64,000 nucleotides of DNA from an uncultured Chloroflexia bacterium (GCA_963768655.1 CAVYIM010000004.1:672001-736000); one strand, 5' to 3'. Shown: positions 40,080 through 50,513, counted from the first letter of the stretch. Translations and numbers: made by a program. The notes: generated from the sequence alone by a model not told the origin.

Positions 40080-41480
40080 ATGGCGACCAGCCGAGAGATC
40101 GTCTCCAGCGAGTACAAGTACGGCTTCCACGACGAGGTCGACTATCTCGAGGAGACCAAAGCCGGCCTGACCCGAGAGACGGTCGAGGCGATCAGCCGCT
40201 TCAAGGGCGAGCCGCAATGGATGCTCGACTTCCGCCTGCGCGCCTACGAGCACTTCCTGTCGAGGCCGATGCCGCAGTGGGGCGGCGATCTCAATCAGAT
40301 CGACCTGAGCAAGATCGTCTACTACCGCAAGCCCTCTCAGGGTGAGGAGAAGTCCTGGGACGACGTCCCGGACAAGATCAAGAAGACGTTCGAGCGCCTC
40401 GGCATCCCGGAGGCGGAGCGGAAGTTCCTGGCCGGCGTCGGCGCGCAATACGACTCCGAGGTCGTCTACCACAGCGTCCGTGAGGAGCTCTCGAAGATCG
40501 GCGTCGTCTTCATGGGCACCGATCAGGGCCTCAAGGAGTACCCGGATCTCTTCAAGAAGTACTTCGCCACGGTCGTGCCGCCCGAGGACAACAAGTTCGC
40601 GGCCCTGAACAGCGCGGTCTGGTCCGGCGGGTCGTTCGTGTACGTGCCCAAGGGCGTCGAGGTCCCGCTGCCGCTGCAGGCCTACTTCCGCATCAACGCC
40701 GAGAACACGGGCCAGTTCGAGCGGACGCTGATCATCGTCGACGAGGGCGCCAAGGTTCACTACATAGAGGGTTGCACTGCCCCCATCTACACCACGGACG
40801 CGCTCCATGCGGCTGTCGTCGAGGTCATCGCGCTACCGCACTCCAAGGTCCGATACACCACCATCCAGAACTGGTCGAACGACGTCTACAACCTCGTGAC
40901 CAAACGAGCCCACGCCCACGCCCACGCCACGGTCGAATGGATAGACGCGAATACTGGCTCGAAACTAACTATGAAGTATCCCAGTATTTATTTACGCGGC
41001 GAGGGCGCCACCGCCGAGGTCATTTCGGTCGCCGTGGCCGGCCGCGGTCAGCACCAGGACACCGGCGCCAAGGCGATCCACCTGGCCCCCAACACACGCA
41101 GCCGAATCATCAGCAAGTCGATCTCCAAGGACGGCGGCCGGACGACTTATCGCGGCAATCTCAAGGTGGTGCCGGGCGCCACGGGTGTCGTGGCGAGCGT
41201 CCGCTGCGACGCGCTGCTGCTCGACGAGGGCAGCCGCTCCGACACGTACCCTTACATCGACATCCAGGAAGACGACACGACGATGACCCACGAGGCCACC
41301 GTCGGCAAGATCAGCCAGGACCAGGTCTTCTACCTGATGAGCCGCGGCCTGACCGAGAACGAGGCCACGAACCTGGTGGTCCAGGGTTTCCTGGAGGTCT
41401 TCACCAAAGAGCTGCCGATGGAGTACGCCATCGAGTTCAACCGCCTGGTCAAGCTCGAAATGGAGGGTTCGCTCGGATGA
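40080..41480 (+). CDS. sufB: Fe-S cluster assembly protein SufB
   Basis: [61 protein letters not shown]. Confidence 0.97.
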   Translation: MATSREIVSSEYKYGFHDEVDYLEETKAGLTRETVEAISRFKGEPQWMLDFRLRAYEHFLSRPMPQWGGDLNQIDLSKIVYYRKPSQGEEKSWDDVPDKIKKTFERLGIPEAERKFLAGVGAQYDSEVVYHSVREELSKIGVVFMGTDQGLKEYPDLFKKYFATVVPPEDNKFAALNSAVWSGGSFVYVPKGVEVPLPLQAYFRINAENTGQFERTLIIVDEGAKVHYIEGCTAPIYTTDALHAAVVEVIALPHSKVRYTTIQNWSNDVYNLVTKRAHAHAHATVEWIDANTGSKLTMKYPSIYLRGEGATAEVISVAVAGRGQHQDTGAKAIHLAPNTRSRIISKSISKDGGRTTYRGNLKVVPGATGVVASVRCDALLLDEGSRSDTYPYIDIQEDDTTMTHEATVGKISQDQVFYLMSRGLTENEATNLVVQGFLEVFTKELPMEYAIEFNRLVKLEMEGSLG

Positions 41481-42982
41481 CCGCCACAGAGGGGGCCGAG
41501 GTGGCCGAGGTGGCCGTCGCGACGCAGCCCGTCGCAGGCCAGCCTGCCGCTCGACCGACGCCGCCGATCCGCCAGGCGCCGACGGACCTGACCCTGAGCT
41601 TCGTCGACGAGGCGACCGTTCGGGCGGTGGCCGCCGCCGCGGCCGATCCGGCGTGGCTGCTCGCGGATCGCCTGGCCGGGTTGCGTGGATTCGAGGCGCT
41701 CCCGATCGAGTCGAATCAGCTGTACACGACGTACGTGGATCTGCGCAACGCCCATCTCTCGGCCGTGCGGCCGTATCCGGCCGGTGCCACTGCCGGGGCC
41801 GCGGCAGTTGGCGGGGCCGGGGCCGGCGCAGCGGGCGCAGCGCAGCTTCCCGAGGGAGCGGCCGCGTACGCCGAATTCGCCGAGGATCGCCCGACGGCGC
41901 TCGTGCTCGCGCCGGAGACGCGGGATGCGGGCGTCGTTCTCGAGACGCTGGCATCGCTGGCGGCGCGCGACCCGGACCTGTTGCGCGGCCTCCTCGAGGG
42001 CGGCTGCACGCTTCCCGAGAACGACAAACTCGGGCAGATGACGCGGGCCCTCTGGACCCACGGCCTGCACCTGCACGTCCCGGACGGCGTTCGCCTGGAG
42101 CGGCCGATCGTGCTGCGCTGGGCGATGGGCGCGCCGAACCGCGCCTTGCTCTCGCGGACGATCATCTCGATCGGTGACGACGCGGAGGCGTCCATCGTCG
42201 AGGAGCAGGTGGCCGCGACTCCGGCTTCGGCCGCTGCCGAGCCCCAGTCGTTCTTCGCCGGCACGACCGAGGTCAAGCTGGGCGCTGGCTCGACCCTTTC
42301 GTTCGCCGGCCTCCAGGACTTCGGAGCCAACCAGATCGCCTTCCAGCATCGTTCGGCGGTCGTCGGCCGCGGGTCGAGCCTTCGCTGGGCGCTGGCTCAG
42401 CTCGGCTGCCGGGTCATTCGGAGCCGCATCGACAACACCCTGGAGGGCGACGGCTGCTCCGTCGAGCAGGCGGAGATCGTCTTCGGATCGACCGACCAGC
42501 TCTTCGACCTGACCTCCTACACCCGCCACCTCGGCCGCGACACGACTGGCAATCTGCTTTCCAAAGGTGCGCTGTCCGACCGCTCCCGCGCCTACTTCAA
42601 GGGCTTGATCACGATCGACAGGCCGGCGCACGGCACCGACAGCTTCCTCGGCGAGTTCGCGATGCTCCTCTCGAAGCAGGCTCGCTCCGTCGCCATTCCC
42701 AGCCTGGAGATCGACCAGCCGGATTGCCGCCGCGTGGCCCACGCGAGCTCCGTCGGCCCGGTCGACGATACGCAGCTCTTCTACCTTGAGAGCCGCGGCC
42801 TCGATCCGGACGAAGCTCGCAAGTTCATCGTCCTCGGCTACCTGGAGCCGGTCGTCGCCCGAGTCTCATTGGCGGCCGCGCAGGATCGCCTCCGCGACCT
42901 GCTGGAGGCCAAATGGGCGGCCCGGACGGGCGCGACGACGCATCCGGACATCGGGCCGGCAGCCGCCGCAGCCGTGGCCTGA
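41477..42982 (+). CDS. sufD: Fe-S cluster assembly protein SufD
   Basis: SufBD beta-helix, [24 protein letters not shown]. Coupled to sufB (ATGA). Confidence 0.9.
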   Translation: MTATEGAEVAEVAVATQPVAGQPAARPTPPIRQAPTDLTLSFVDEATVRAVAAAAADPAWLLADRLAGLRGFEALPIESNQLYTTYVDLRNAHLSAVRPYPAGATAGAAAVGGAGAGAAGAAQLPEGAAAYAEFAEDRPTALVLAPETRDAGVVLETLASLAARDPDLLRGLLEGGCTLPENDKLGQMTRALWTHGLHLHVPDGVRLERPIVLRWAMGAPNRALLSRTIISIGDDAEASIVEEQVAATPASAAAEPQSFFAGTTEVKLGAGSTLSFAGLQDFGANQIAFQHRSAVVGRGSSLRWALAQLGCRVIRSRIDNTLEGDGCSVEQAEIVFGSTDQLFDLTSYTRHLGRDTTGNLLSKGALSDRSRAYFKGLITIDRPAHGTDSFLGEFAMLLSKQARSVAIPSLEIDQPDCRRVAHASSVGPVDDTQLFYLESRGLDPDEARKFIVLGYLEPVVARVSLAAAQDRLRDLLEAKWAARTGATTHPDIGPAAAAAVA

Positions 42983-42989
42983 AGTCGCC

Positions 42990-43340
42990 GTGACCGCCGC
43001 CTCAGCCCTCCGCAGGGTCGACCTCTGCGCCCTCGACGAGGTCCCGCCGGGCACGATGAGGCTGTGCGAGGTCGGGGACGATCTGGTCCTGGTGGTCAAT
43101 CTGAACGGTGAGCTGCACGCGACCCAGGGCATCTGCAGTCATCAGTACTTCGAGCTGGACAAGGGCTTCCTGACCGGCGACTCGATCACGTGCGCCCTGC
43201 ATCTGTCGCGCTTCTCTCTTGCGGACGGCGAGTCACTCGATCCGCCGGCCGAGCTGCCGTTGGCCGTCTACGCGGTTGTCGTCGAGGGCGGGCGCGTGCT
43301 GATCGAGGTTCCTCCGGGGCCGCTCGAGGTGAACCGGTAG
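42990..43340 (+). CDS. Rieske-type ferredoxin
   Basis: CSH...CALH..FSLADG..PPA motif. Confidence 0.88.
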   Translation: MTAASALRRVDLCALDEVPPGTMRLCEVGDDLVLVVNLNGELHATQGICSHQYFELDKGFLTGDSITCALHLSRFSLADGESLDPPAELPLAVYAVVVEGGRVLIEVPPGPLEVNR

Positions 43341-43342
43341 GG

Positions 43343-44836
43343 CTACTCGAGCCCCTGGCCGACGAGGAGCTCAAGGTTGCCTGTCGGGTCGACGAAGGCT
43401 ACGACCACGTGCTTCCCGTCTCCGACGACGGCGAGGACCTGGGACTCTGGGAGCGACGAAAGCCCGGGGAGAGGCTTCCAGATGCGTCCATTGGCGGACG
43501 TCCACACTCCAAGCGGCCCATTCACAGGGGTGTAGGCCGGCTGAGTCTCTGTGCCCGCCATCGCAAACCCCCCGGCGATTGGAACGGGGTCGCCACCCCA
43601 CCCGGGAGTCTTGACGCTGCCGGTCATGGTCCAGCGGGTCATGTCGGTGCTGGTCCAGATAGTCGTGTCTTCCAGCGCGGCGATCGGCTGCCCTTCGCCG
43701 GTTCCGGTGTAGATCCCTCCGAACGAGCGGAAGCTGCCGTCCGGCGCCTTGACGATCGGCCCCATGTAGTACACCGACATCCCCGACAACGCCGGTGCAT
43801 GGTATGTCTCCGTCCATCGCGTGCCATCCGCCGAGTACCAGACCTGGGCCGGCATGGACTGAGCGAGGACGTACCCGGTGGCGTTGCTCGAGAGCGCCGG
43901 TTGATTCACATCGGACGAGATGCCCGACACCGCGACCGCATGCCAGGCAGTTCCATCGGCAGACGCCCAGATCGCAGTTCCGCCGGTGGGGCCCGACCCG
44001 CTGGCCAGAAAGCCGCCGGGTCCTACCGCGACGTGGTCCGCGGACGAGCCGTCCGCCGTGGACAGCTCCGTGGTTTGCCATGAATGCCCGAAGGACATCG
44101 TCCAGGCCACCGCCGAATCGAGGCCACCGCTCTCGCCCTGAACCGTGCCAACGGCGACGATGGCCCCAGCCGGCGACTGCGTTATGTCGTTCACGGTGGC
44201 GCCGCCGGCCGGCAGCTCAGCCAGTCGGCCCCACGAGATGCCGTCGGCCGACACGAAGACTGGGACGCCTCCGGAGTCCGCGGTCCCCAACGCTACGAAC
44301 CCGCCCGATGGGAGCACGAAGAGCGGTTGCTCGTACCCGAACTGCGCCATAGTCGGTGGCGGCAGGGCGCCACTGACCAGGTTCCAGCTCGAACCCGGCA
44401 ACTGCGTGACCGTTTCCGAGGGCGTTGCGCCAATCGTCGGCGAGGGCGTTGCGCCAGTGGTGGGCGAGGGCGAGATGGCGAGCGAGGGAGAGGTCGAGGC
44501 AACGCAGGCCGCCGACGCGCCGCCCGCCACCGGGCACATCGACGCAGAGGGCGAGGGCGGCGCCGTGCCGTGGTCCGGCCCCGGTGCCGCGGCTCGGCCG
44601 TTGGCGTAGAGGTAAGCGCTGGTCGCGACGAGCACCATGGCTACGACGGCCGCCGCGGCGCGGGCGACCAGAGTGAATTGGCGTTGCATGGCGTTGTGCC
44701 ACGGTCCCGGATGCTCGGGCGGACGGGACGTGACGTCTTCGAGGGTGTCCCTGAGCGACGCGGGCGCCCGGTCCGGTGCCGAGTCCGCCAGCCAGTCGCG
44801 AATGACCTGTTCGGCATCCGGACGCTTGCTGCTCAT
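43343..44836 (-). CDS. Putative anti-sigma factor: single TM with extracellular repeat (beta-propeller-like) domain
   Basis: Coupled to the ECF sigma; short cytoplasmic N-terminus (PDRAPASLRD), TM, P/S/T linker, repeated WxSADGxxW (BNR-like) motifs. Confidence 0.65.
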   Translation of the reverse strand: MSSKRPDAEQVIRDWLADSAPDRAPASLRDTLEDVTSRPPEHPGPWHNAMQRQFTLVARAAAAVVAMVLVATSAYLYANGRAAAPGPDHGTAPPSPSASMCPVAGGASAACVASTSPSLAISPSPTTGATPSPTIGATPSETVTQLPGSSWNLVSGALPPPTMAQFGYEQPLFVLPSGGFVALGTADSGGVPVFVSADGISWGRLAELPAGGATVNDITQSPAGAIVAVGTVQGESGGLDSAVAWTMSFGHSWQTTELSTADGSSADHVAVGPGGFLASGSGPTGGTAIWASADGTAWHAVAVSGISSDVNQPALSSNATGYVLAQSMPAQVWYSADGTRWTETYHAPALSGMSVYYMGPIVKAPDGSFRSFGGIYTGTGEGQPIAALEDTTIWTSTDMTRWTMTGSVKTPGWGGDPVPIAGGFAMAGTETQPAYTPVNGPLGVWTSANGRIWKPLPGLSSLPESQVLAVVGDGKHVVVAFVDPTGNLELLVGQGLE

Positions 44837-45486
44837 GGGCGAGCCTCCTCGGACGACTCGATGGCTGCGCGCAGCGACTTGAGCGCGTAGTGGAGACGGG
44901 ACTTGACCGTGCCGGCGGGTATGCCCAGCCTCTCGGCTATCTCCCCGACCGGCAGGTCACGCCAGAACCTCAGCACGACGATGATCCGCTGCTCGGGCGT
45001 CAGGGCGGCGAAGGCGGGCTCCAGGGCCAGCCGGGCGACCGTCGGCGCGTGGGAGTCTCGGGCGGCCGCATCGTACGCATCGTCGAGCGCGACGACGCGG
45101 ATCGTCCTGACGTGGCGCATGCGATTGCGACAGACGTTGACGAGGATCCGATCGAACCAGGCGTCGAACCGATTCTCGTCGCGCAGCGTTCCCCAGCTCG
45201 ACCAGGCTCGAGCGATCGCCTCCTGAGTCGCGTCTTCGGCTTCGTCGCGGTCGCGCAGGATCAGTGTGGCGAGCCGGTAGCTCGCCAGGAGCCGAGATTC
45301 GTCAATGGCGGCGAAAGCCGCAAGGCGCCGGCGACGCCAGGCATCGGACGGGTTGGCCGCGATGCCCCCGGCGCTACTCCCGGAGCTGGTCCGGGCTTCG
45401 CCTGGCCCGTCCTGGACCGGTGGCGTCGCGGGGCGCCCCGGTAGCCCTCGAAGTCCCCTCAACAGTGGCAACTCCGCCTCCCACAT
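44833..45486 (-). CDS. ECF RNA polymerase sigma-70 factor
   Basis: EAEDATQEA, FDAWFDRILVN, LTPEQRIIVVLR, GIPAGTVKSRLHYA. Start uncertain. Confidence 0.9.
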   Translation of the reverse strand: MWEAELPLLRGLRGLPGRPATPPVQDGPGEARTSSGSSAGGIAANPSDAWRRRRLAAFAAIDESRLLASYRLATLILRDRDEAEDATQEAIARAWSSWGTLRDENRFDAWFDRILVNVCRNRMRHVRTIRVVALDDAYDAAARDSHAPTVARLALEPAFAALTPEQRIIVVLRFWRDLPVGEIAERLGIPAGTVKSRLHYALKSLRAAIESSEEARP

Positions 45487-45585
45487 CCCTGCTGCCTCCG
45501 TGTCCCGCTTCCGCGGCGTCTGCAGCTATGACACGCGGGGTCCCCGAAACGTTCAGGACCGATGTGGCGGCTTCCCCGTGCCGCC

Positions 45586-46578
45586 TCAGCGCTCGAGCAG
45601 CACACCGAGGCCGAGTTCTTCGGCTCGCTTCAGGATCGCCGACGCGAAGACGACGTCCGCGAGCCCAACGCCCAGGTGCGACACGAGGACCCGGCCGGCG
45701 GGCCGGGCCATGCCCTCGCGCAACGCCTCTCCCAGCGTCGTCGCCGGGTCCGGATAGCCGTCGAAGCCGCCGCCGGCGCGAGTCGCCAGGAACTGGTCGC
45801 GCTCGTCGACGACGAAGAGTGCCTCGCGGGCGAGCGCGGCCGGGGCCTGCATGTCGTAGTCGACGGCGACGAATAGCGTTTCGGGGCCGAGCCAGCGCCG
45901 ATCCAGCGCCTGGTGATCCGGACCGAACGAGACGACCGAGACGACCACGTCCGCGCCTTCGACGGCCTGCCGCACGCCTGGAGCGACCCGGACTTCGCCG
46001 ATGCCCCCGATAGGCCGCGCCTCCTCGACCAATGCCTCCGCCCGCGTCCGGTCGACATCCGTGACTCGGATCGAGGCGCCCGGCAGCAACCGGCCGATCA
46101 CCGGCAGGTGGCTGCGTGCCTGAGTCCCGGCGCCAAGAACGGCGACGGCGGCGGCCTGCCCGCGCGGATCCGGCGCGAAGAGCTTGATGGCCGCTCCGCT
46201 GACGGCCGCCGTTCGCTGGGCCGTGATCGCGCCGGCGTCTAGGATCGCCAGGGGCAGCCCGTTTCGAGGGTCGTTCAAGATCACCTGGGCGTGGTAGGTC
46301 GGAAGCCCGATCGCCGGGTTCTCCGGGAAGCCAACGATCCATTTGACGCCGATCAGATCCCCGCCGCCGTCGTCTGCCGAGCCGCGCAGCAGGGCCGGCA
46401 TGGCGTGGGCGAGCGAGCCCGGCTGGCGTGGATGAACCCCGATCTTGGCGGGCAGTTCGGCGCCCTGCCCCAATGCCCGGAGAGTGATCTCGGCCAGCTG
46501 GAGCCGCTCCGCCAGGGGTGGCATGGCCGCCGCGACGTCGGCGGCGGACAAATACCGAAGGAGCGGCGAGACTGTCAC
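45586..46578 (-). CDS. Ornithine cyclodeaminase/mu-crystallin family protein
   Basis: HAMPA, GVKW, ITAQRTAAVS, LGAGTQA, GVGLADV. Leaderless TAGACT start. Confidence 0.88.
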   Translation of the reverse strand: MTVSPLLRYLSAADVAAAMPPLAERLQLAEITLRALGQGAELPAKIGVHPRQPGSLAHAMPALLRGSADDGGGDLIGVKWIVGFPENPAIGLPTYHAQVILNDPRNGLPLAILDAGAITAQRTAAVSGAAIKLFAPDPRGQAAAVAVLGAGTQARSHLPVIGRLLPGASIRVTDVDRTRAEALVEEARPIGGIGEVRVAPGVRQAVEGADVVVSVVSFGPDHQALDRRWLGPETLFVAVDYDMQAPAALAREALFVVDERDQFLATRAGGGFDGYPDPATTLGEALREGMARPAGRVLVSHLGVGLADVVFASAILKRAEELGLGVLLER

Positions 46579-46725
46579 GACCGCAGTCTACCGGCTAGGA
46601 TGGGCAGGCCACCGCATTCAAGGCCTCTGCCGCGGTCGTGCCGGCCGGGGCGATTGTCGAGGCCGGCGATTCCGGGTCCGGTCCGACCCCGAGCCGGCGG
46701 CTCCGGCGCCAGGAAAAGGAGACCG

Positions 46726-47106
46726 ATGAGGGCGCTGCAGAGCCTGGGCTCGGCGATTGTCGTTGGGAGCGTGTTCTCCTTCTTCCTCGTCGGGCTGCTG
46801 GGCGCCACCTGGCCGTTCGCCATCTTCTCGAGTCTCGTGCTCGGGATCGGGATCATCGCCGTCGTCGCGACGCGGGCCAGCGAAACCGAAGGCGCGGCAG
46901 ATGTCGCCTGGCAGGAGGCAGCTCCGGACCTCCCCCCCGGTTCCGATCGACGAGCCATGGAGGCGGCCCAGGCCACCATGCCGGGCCCCGAGAAGACCCG
47001 GCGAAGCGGCGATCGAGCCGCGGGCACGCCCGGAGCTGGCGCGAGCGGCGCGGGTGCGGGCGAAGCGGGCAAGGGCGGGCCGGCGAAGCAGGCGGCCAGC
47101 CGATGA
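46726..47106 (+). CDS. Hypothetical 2-TM membrane protein
   Basis: AAGGAG RBS, two hydrophobic helices, coupled to the cupin gene. Confidence 0.65.
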   Translation: MRALQSLGSAIVVGSVFSFFLVGLLGATWPFAIFSSLVLGIGIIAVVATRASETEGAADVAWQEAAPDLPPGSDRRAMEAAQATMPGPEKTRRSGDRAAGTPGAGASGAGAGEAGKGGPAKQAASR

Positions 47107-47429
47107 GTTCGATCGATCGAACCAATCTGGAAGCCAGAATGCGCGCCCAGGGATTGGAGCCGGCCGCCTGGTCGAACCTCGCGGGTGAGCGGTTCGAGGC
47201 GCACGCCCACGACTACGACAAGATCGTGGTCGTCGTAGAGGGTACCATCACGTTCGGCATGCCCGGCTACGGCGTGGGTTTCGTGCTCGGGCCGGGCGAG
47301 CGGCTCGATCTGCCGGCCGCCGTGCGCCACGACGCGGTCGTCGGGCCCAAGGGCGTGACCTGCCTCGAGGCGCATGTACCGGCCGGCAAGCTCGGTGCCG
47401 GGGCGAAGGGACGCGGCTACCGCTGGTAG
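47103..47429 (+). CDS. Cupin domain protein
   Basis: WSN..G..AHAHDYDK..VEGTITF..LGPGERLDLPAAVRHDAVVG. Confidence 0.85.
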   Translation: MSSIDRTNLEARMRAQGLEPAAWSNLAGERFEAHAHDYDKIVVVVEGTITFGMPGYGVGFVLGPGERLDLPAAVRHDAVVGPKGVTCLEAHVPAGKLGAGAKGRGYRW

Positions 47430-47655
47430 ATCGCCGCCAGCGAAGGTTCGTCCGGCAGTTCCGACTGCTGCCGGCGCCGGTCCGCAGGCCGCCTTCGCTG
47501 TCGATTTCTCAGGGATAGGCTAGGCTGCTATCGCATCGCGGCCCAGGCGGGTTCGCCCGTGGGGCGAATTACGCCGCTCTGGCGTCCTATCGCCTCGTCG
47601 GGTCCGTGGGCAGGTCAGGGAGCGACAGGCCACCGCGCCTGAGGGAACGACGAAC

Positions 47656-48168
47656 ATGGGCTCACTGGAAAGGATCGACGAGACAGACGCGCGGATCCTG
47701 GAACTGCTGCAGCGGGACGGGCGCGAGTCATACGCCGAAGTCGGGCAGGCCGTCGGCATGAGCGGGCCTTCGGCTCATGAGCGCGTCAAGAAGCTGGAGG
47801 CCCGGGGCGTCATACGCGGCTACTCGGCCCAGGTCGATCCCACGCTTCTCGGCTACGGCGTGCTCGCCTTCATCTTCATCAAGCAGGTCCCCGGCACCAT
47901 CTCTACGGATCTCACGGGCGATTTCGGCGAGATCGACGAGATCGAGGAATGCCACCACATCGCCGGCGAGGCGGACTATCTGCTGAAGGTGCGATCCACC
48001 GACACTCGCCACCTCGAGCGGGTCCTGCACGAAATCCAGGCCATGCCCCACGTCTTCACGACCGAGACCCAGGTCGTCTTCTCCAGCGCGTTCGAGCGCC
48101 GACCGCTCCGCCTGGGACGCGAGGTGGATCCGCAGGCGGCTGGCAACTTCGGCAACTCGGGCTCATGA
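47656..48168 (+). CDS. Lrp/AsnC family transcriptional regulator
   Basis: DETDARILELLQRDGRESYAEVG..ERVKKLEARGVIRGY, ECHHIAGEADYLLKV. Confidence 0.94.
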   Translation: MGSLERIDETDARILELLQRDGRESYAEVGQAVGMSGPSAHERVKKLEARGVIRGYSAQVDPTLLGYGVLAFIFIKQVPGTISTDLTGDFGEIDEIEECHHIAGEADYLLKVRSTDTRHLERVLHEIQAMPHVFTTETQVVFSSAFERRPLRLGREVDPQAAGNFGNSGS

Positions 48169-48950
48169 GCGAGGCGGGGCGCCCGGCCGAGGTGGGGCGC
48201 CCGGCCGAGGCGGTGGATCCCTCCCAGGTCTACACCCCGCACCCGAGTCGAAGCGGCAATCCCGTGCCCGAGCCGCGCGTGGCGTCGATGTTCGATTCGA
48301 TCGCGCCGGTCTACGACCGCATGAACACCATCATGACCGCCGGCCGCGATGGAGGCTGGCGCCGCGCCGCCGTCCGAGCCGCGCGCGTCGCCGCTGGCGG
48401 CTCAGCCCTGGACGTGGCCTGCGGCACCGGCAAGCTGACCGCGGCCCTGGCCGCGGCCGTCGGCCCGACCGGCCGTGTCGTCGGAGTCGACCTGTCGACG
48501 GCGATGCTCGAGGAGGCGCGGCGCGCATTCGGTGGGCTTGGCCAGGTCGAGTTCGTCGCCGGCAACGCGCTCGCCCTGCCGTTCGAGGCGAACGTCTTCG
48601 ACGCCGCCACTATCGGCTTCGGGCTGCGAAACCTGGCCAGCTTCGAGGACGGCTTCCGCGAGATGGCGAGGGTCGTGCGGCCGGGCGGCCGGGTAGTCTG
48701 CCTGGAACTCACGACGCCGCGCCCGAAGATCGCGGGGCGCCTCTACTCGGCCGTGTTCGGGAGGATGGCCCCGTCCGTCGGCAGAGTCTTCGGACGGCGG
48801 GACGCCTACGCCTATCTGCCCCACTCGCTGGACGGATTCCCGAGCGCCGAGGAGCTGGCGGAGACGATGCGCCAGGTTGGACTGACCAACGTCACTGTGC
48901 GGCGGCTGGCCCTCGGGGCGGTGGCGCTGCACTCGGGCGACGTTCGCTAG
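48165..48950 (+). CDS. menG: Demethylmenaquinone/ubiquinone methyltransferase (UbiE/MenG)
   Basis: MFDSIAPVYDRMN, LDVACGTG, GFGLRNL, RVVRPGG, AYAYLPHS. Confidence 0.88.
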   Translation: MSEAGRPAEVGRPAEAVDPSQVYTPHPSRSGNPVPEPRVASMFDSIAPVYDRMNTIMTAGRDGGWRRAAVRAARVAAGGSALDVACGTGKLTAALAAAVGPTGRVVGVDLSTAMLEEARRAFGGLGQVEFVAGNALALPFEANVFDAATIGFGLRNLASFEDGFREMARVVRPGGRVVCLELTTPRPKIAGRLYSAVFGRMAPSVGRVFGRRDAYAYLPHSLDGFPSAEELAETMRQVGLTNVTVRRLALGAVALHSGDVR

Positions 48951-49036
48951 ACGCGTCCTGCCGGCGCGGCCCGCCGCCGGATTCCGCCCCGACCCTCCGT
49001 GGCGGTGGCCCTGGACGGCGGCTCGACGTGGTCGCT

Positions 49037-49369
49037 CTAGGAGGCGTCCTTGGGTGCCGTCTCCTGCGCCAGCCGCGCTCGCTCCGCTTCGAGGCGGGCG
49101 GCCTCGGCGGCGGCCAGGCTCTCGTTGATCTTGCCGTCGACATAGGCGCCGTGAAGCTGGAGCAGCCTGGTGATCGTGTCCTCGTCGATGGGGTGGCCGC
49201 TGTCCGCCATCTGCTTCGCCAGCAGGGAAGCTTCGGCCGCATCGACCGGCCCACCCGGAGTCTCGAGCGACTCGAAGGGGTGTTCGGCGAGCAGGAACCA
49301 CACCACCAGGCCGCCGGCAACCAACCCGACGATGCCAAAGAAGAAGTAGAACGGCATGTCGAGGCTCAT
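49037..49369 (-). CDS. Hypothetical single-TM protein
   Basis: N-terminal TM (FFFGIVGLVAGGLVVWFLL), host-like codon usage, fills the gap between menG and lgt. Confidence 0.6.
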   Translation of the reverse strand: MSLDMPFYFFFGIVGLVAGGLVVWFLLAEHPFESLETPGGPVDAAEASLLAKQMADSGHPIDEDTITRLLQLHGAYVDGKINESLAAAEAARLEAERARLAQETAPKDAS

Positions 49370-49604
49370 CGGGCTTCCATTCCCCAGCTATCGGTTCGTA
49401 GGGCGACCGGCAATCGCCGGGTCGTACAGTTGCGATAGAGTCGCCTTGTCGGCGCCTGCCGGCGACATCTGCTCCAGGCCAGTATACGAATGGCGCGGAC
49501 GCGGGGCCTCGGCCCGTCTCGCCGGACGCGAATCCACCGCTCCCCGCCGGACCGAATCCGCCGCTCCCCGCCGGGCCGGCCGATCCGGGTAAACTGACGC
49601 GACC

Positions 49605-50513
49605 ATGATCGACTTCACGCCCAACCCGGTCGCGCTTTCCATCGGCTCGCTCGAGATCCGCTGGTACGGCATCGCGTACGTGGTTGCCATCGTCGCCGGC
49701 GCGTGGCTCGCGATGCGCGAAGCGCGCCGCCGCGGCGAGCGGACCGACATGATCGTGGACGCGCTGATCGTGATCGCCGTCGCCGCGCTGATCGGCGGCC
49801 GCGCCTATCACGTCATCGACCAGTGGTCCACCGGACCTGACTACAAGGACCACCTGCTCCAGATCATCCTGCCGCCATACAGCGGGCTGGGCATCTACGG
49901 CGGGCTCTTCACCGGGCTGCTGGCGACCATCTGGCTGGCCCGCCACTACAAGGTCAGCTTCTGGCGCTGGGGCGACATCATGGCGCCGTGCATCCTGCTG
50001 GCGCAGGTCATCGGTCGCTGGGGCAACTTTGCCAACCAGGAGCTGTACGGCCCGCCGACTACGCTGCCGTGGGGCATCGCCATCCAGTGTCAGTACCGGG
50101 TGGCCCAGTACGCCTGCCCGGCCGGCTCCGATCCGAACGCCACGCTTGGCCAGCACTTCATTCCGCTCTTCTTCTACGAGTCGATGCTAAGTCTGATTGG
50201 CGTGTTCGTGATGCTCTGGCTGTGGCGGCACTTCACGGCGCGCGGCCGGCTCCTGATCGCCGGCGACGTGGGCCTGCTCTATTTCGTCTGGTACGGCGTG
50301 GAGCGGAGCCTGCTCGAACTGCTGCGGAGCGGCTGGGACTGGACGATCTTCGGCATCCCGACGGCGCAGATCGTGGGGCTGGGGGGCGCCGCCGCGGCCT
50401 TCGTCGCGATCTTGATCCGGCACTGGTACGTTCGCCGGCATCCCCTGGCGGCGACTGGAGACCAGGCGCCGCCGCCCCGGCAGGCGGAGTCTGAGCTGAC
50501 GCCCGCTTCCTGA
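49605..50513 (+). CDS. lgt: Prolipoprotein diacylglyceryl transferase (copy 2)
   Basis: EIRWYG, GGRAYHVI, GRWGNFANQELYG, FFYES. Collinear close paralog of 10063..10977. Confidence 0.92.
   Translation: MIDFTPNPVALSIGSLEIRWYGIAYVVAIVAGAWLAMREARRRGERTDMIVDALIVIAVAALIGGRAYHVIDQWSTGPDYKDHLLQIILPPYSGLGIYGGLFTGLLATIWLARHYKVSFWRWGDIMAPCILLAQVIGRWGNFANQELYGPPTTLPWGIAIQCQYRVAQYACPAGSDPNATLGQHFIPLFFYESMLSLIGVFVMLWLWRHFTARGRLLIAGDVGLLYFVWYGVERSLLELLRSGWDWTIFGIPTAQIVGLGGAAAAFVAILIRHWYVRRHPLAATGDQAPPPRQAESELTPAS

Noticed and set aside
40080-41480. Intein within SufB
   Set aside because: The protein is a normal 466 aa with contiguous EG|CTAP, GG|SF and G|SK junctions and no splicing or LAGLIDADG motifs.
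47430-47655. Structured ncRNA (SRP or SAM riboswitch) upstream of lrp
   Set aside because: No SRP GGAAGGAAGCAG loop or SAM-riboswitch core was recognisable; GC-rich pairing alone is uninformative.
48171-48212. 18-bp tandem repeat at the menG 5' end
   Set aside because: An in-frame low-complexity duplication (EAGRPA EVGRPA) in a disordered N-terminus.
49530-49577. 24-bp tandem duplication upstream of lgt copy 2
   Set aside because: Two GC-rich copies only, consistent with slippage and with no evident function.
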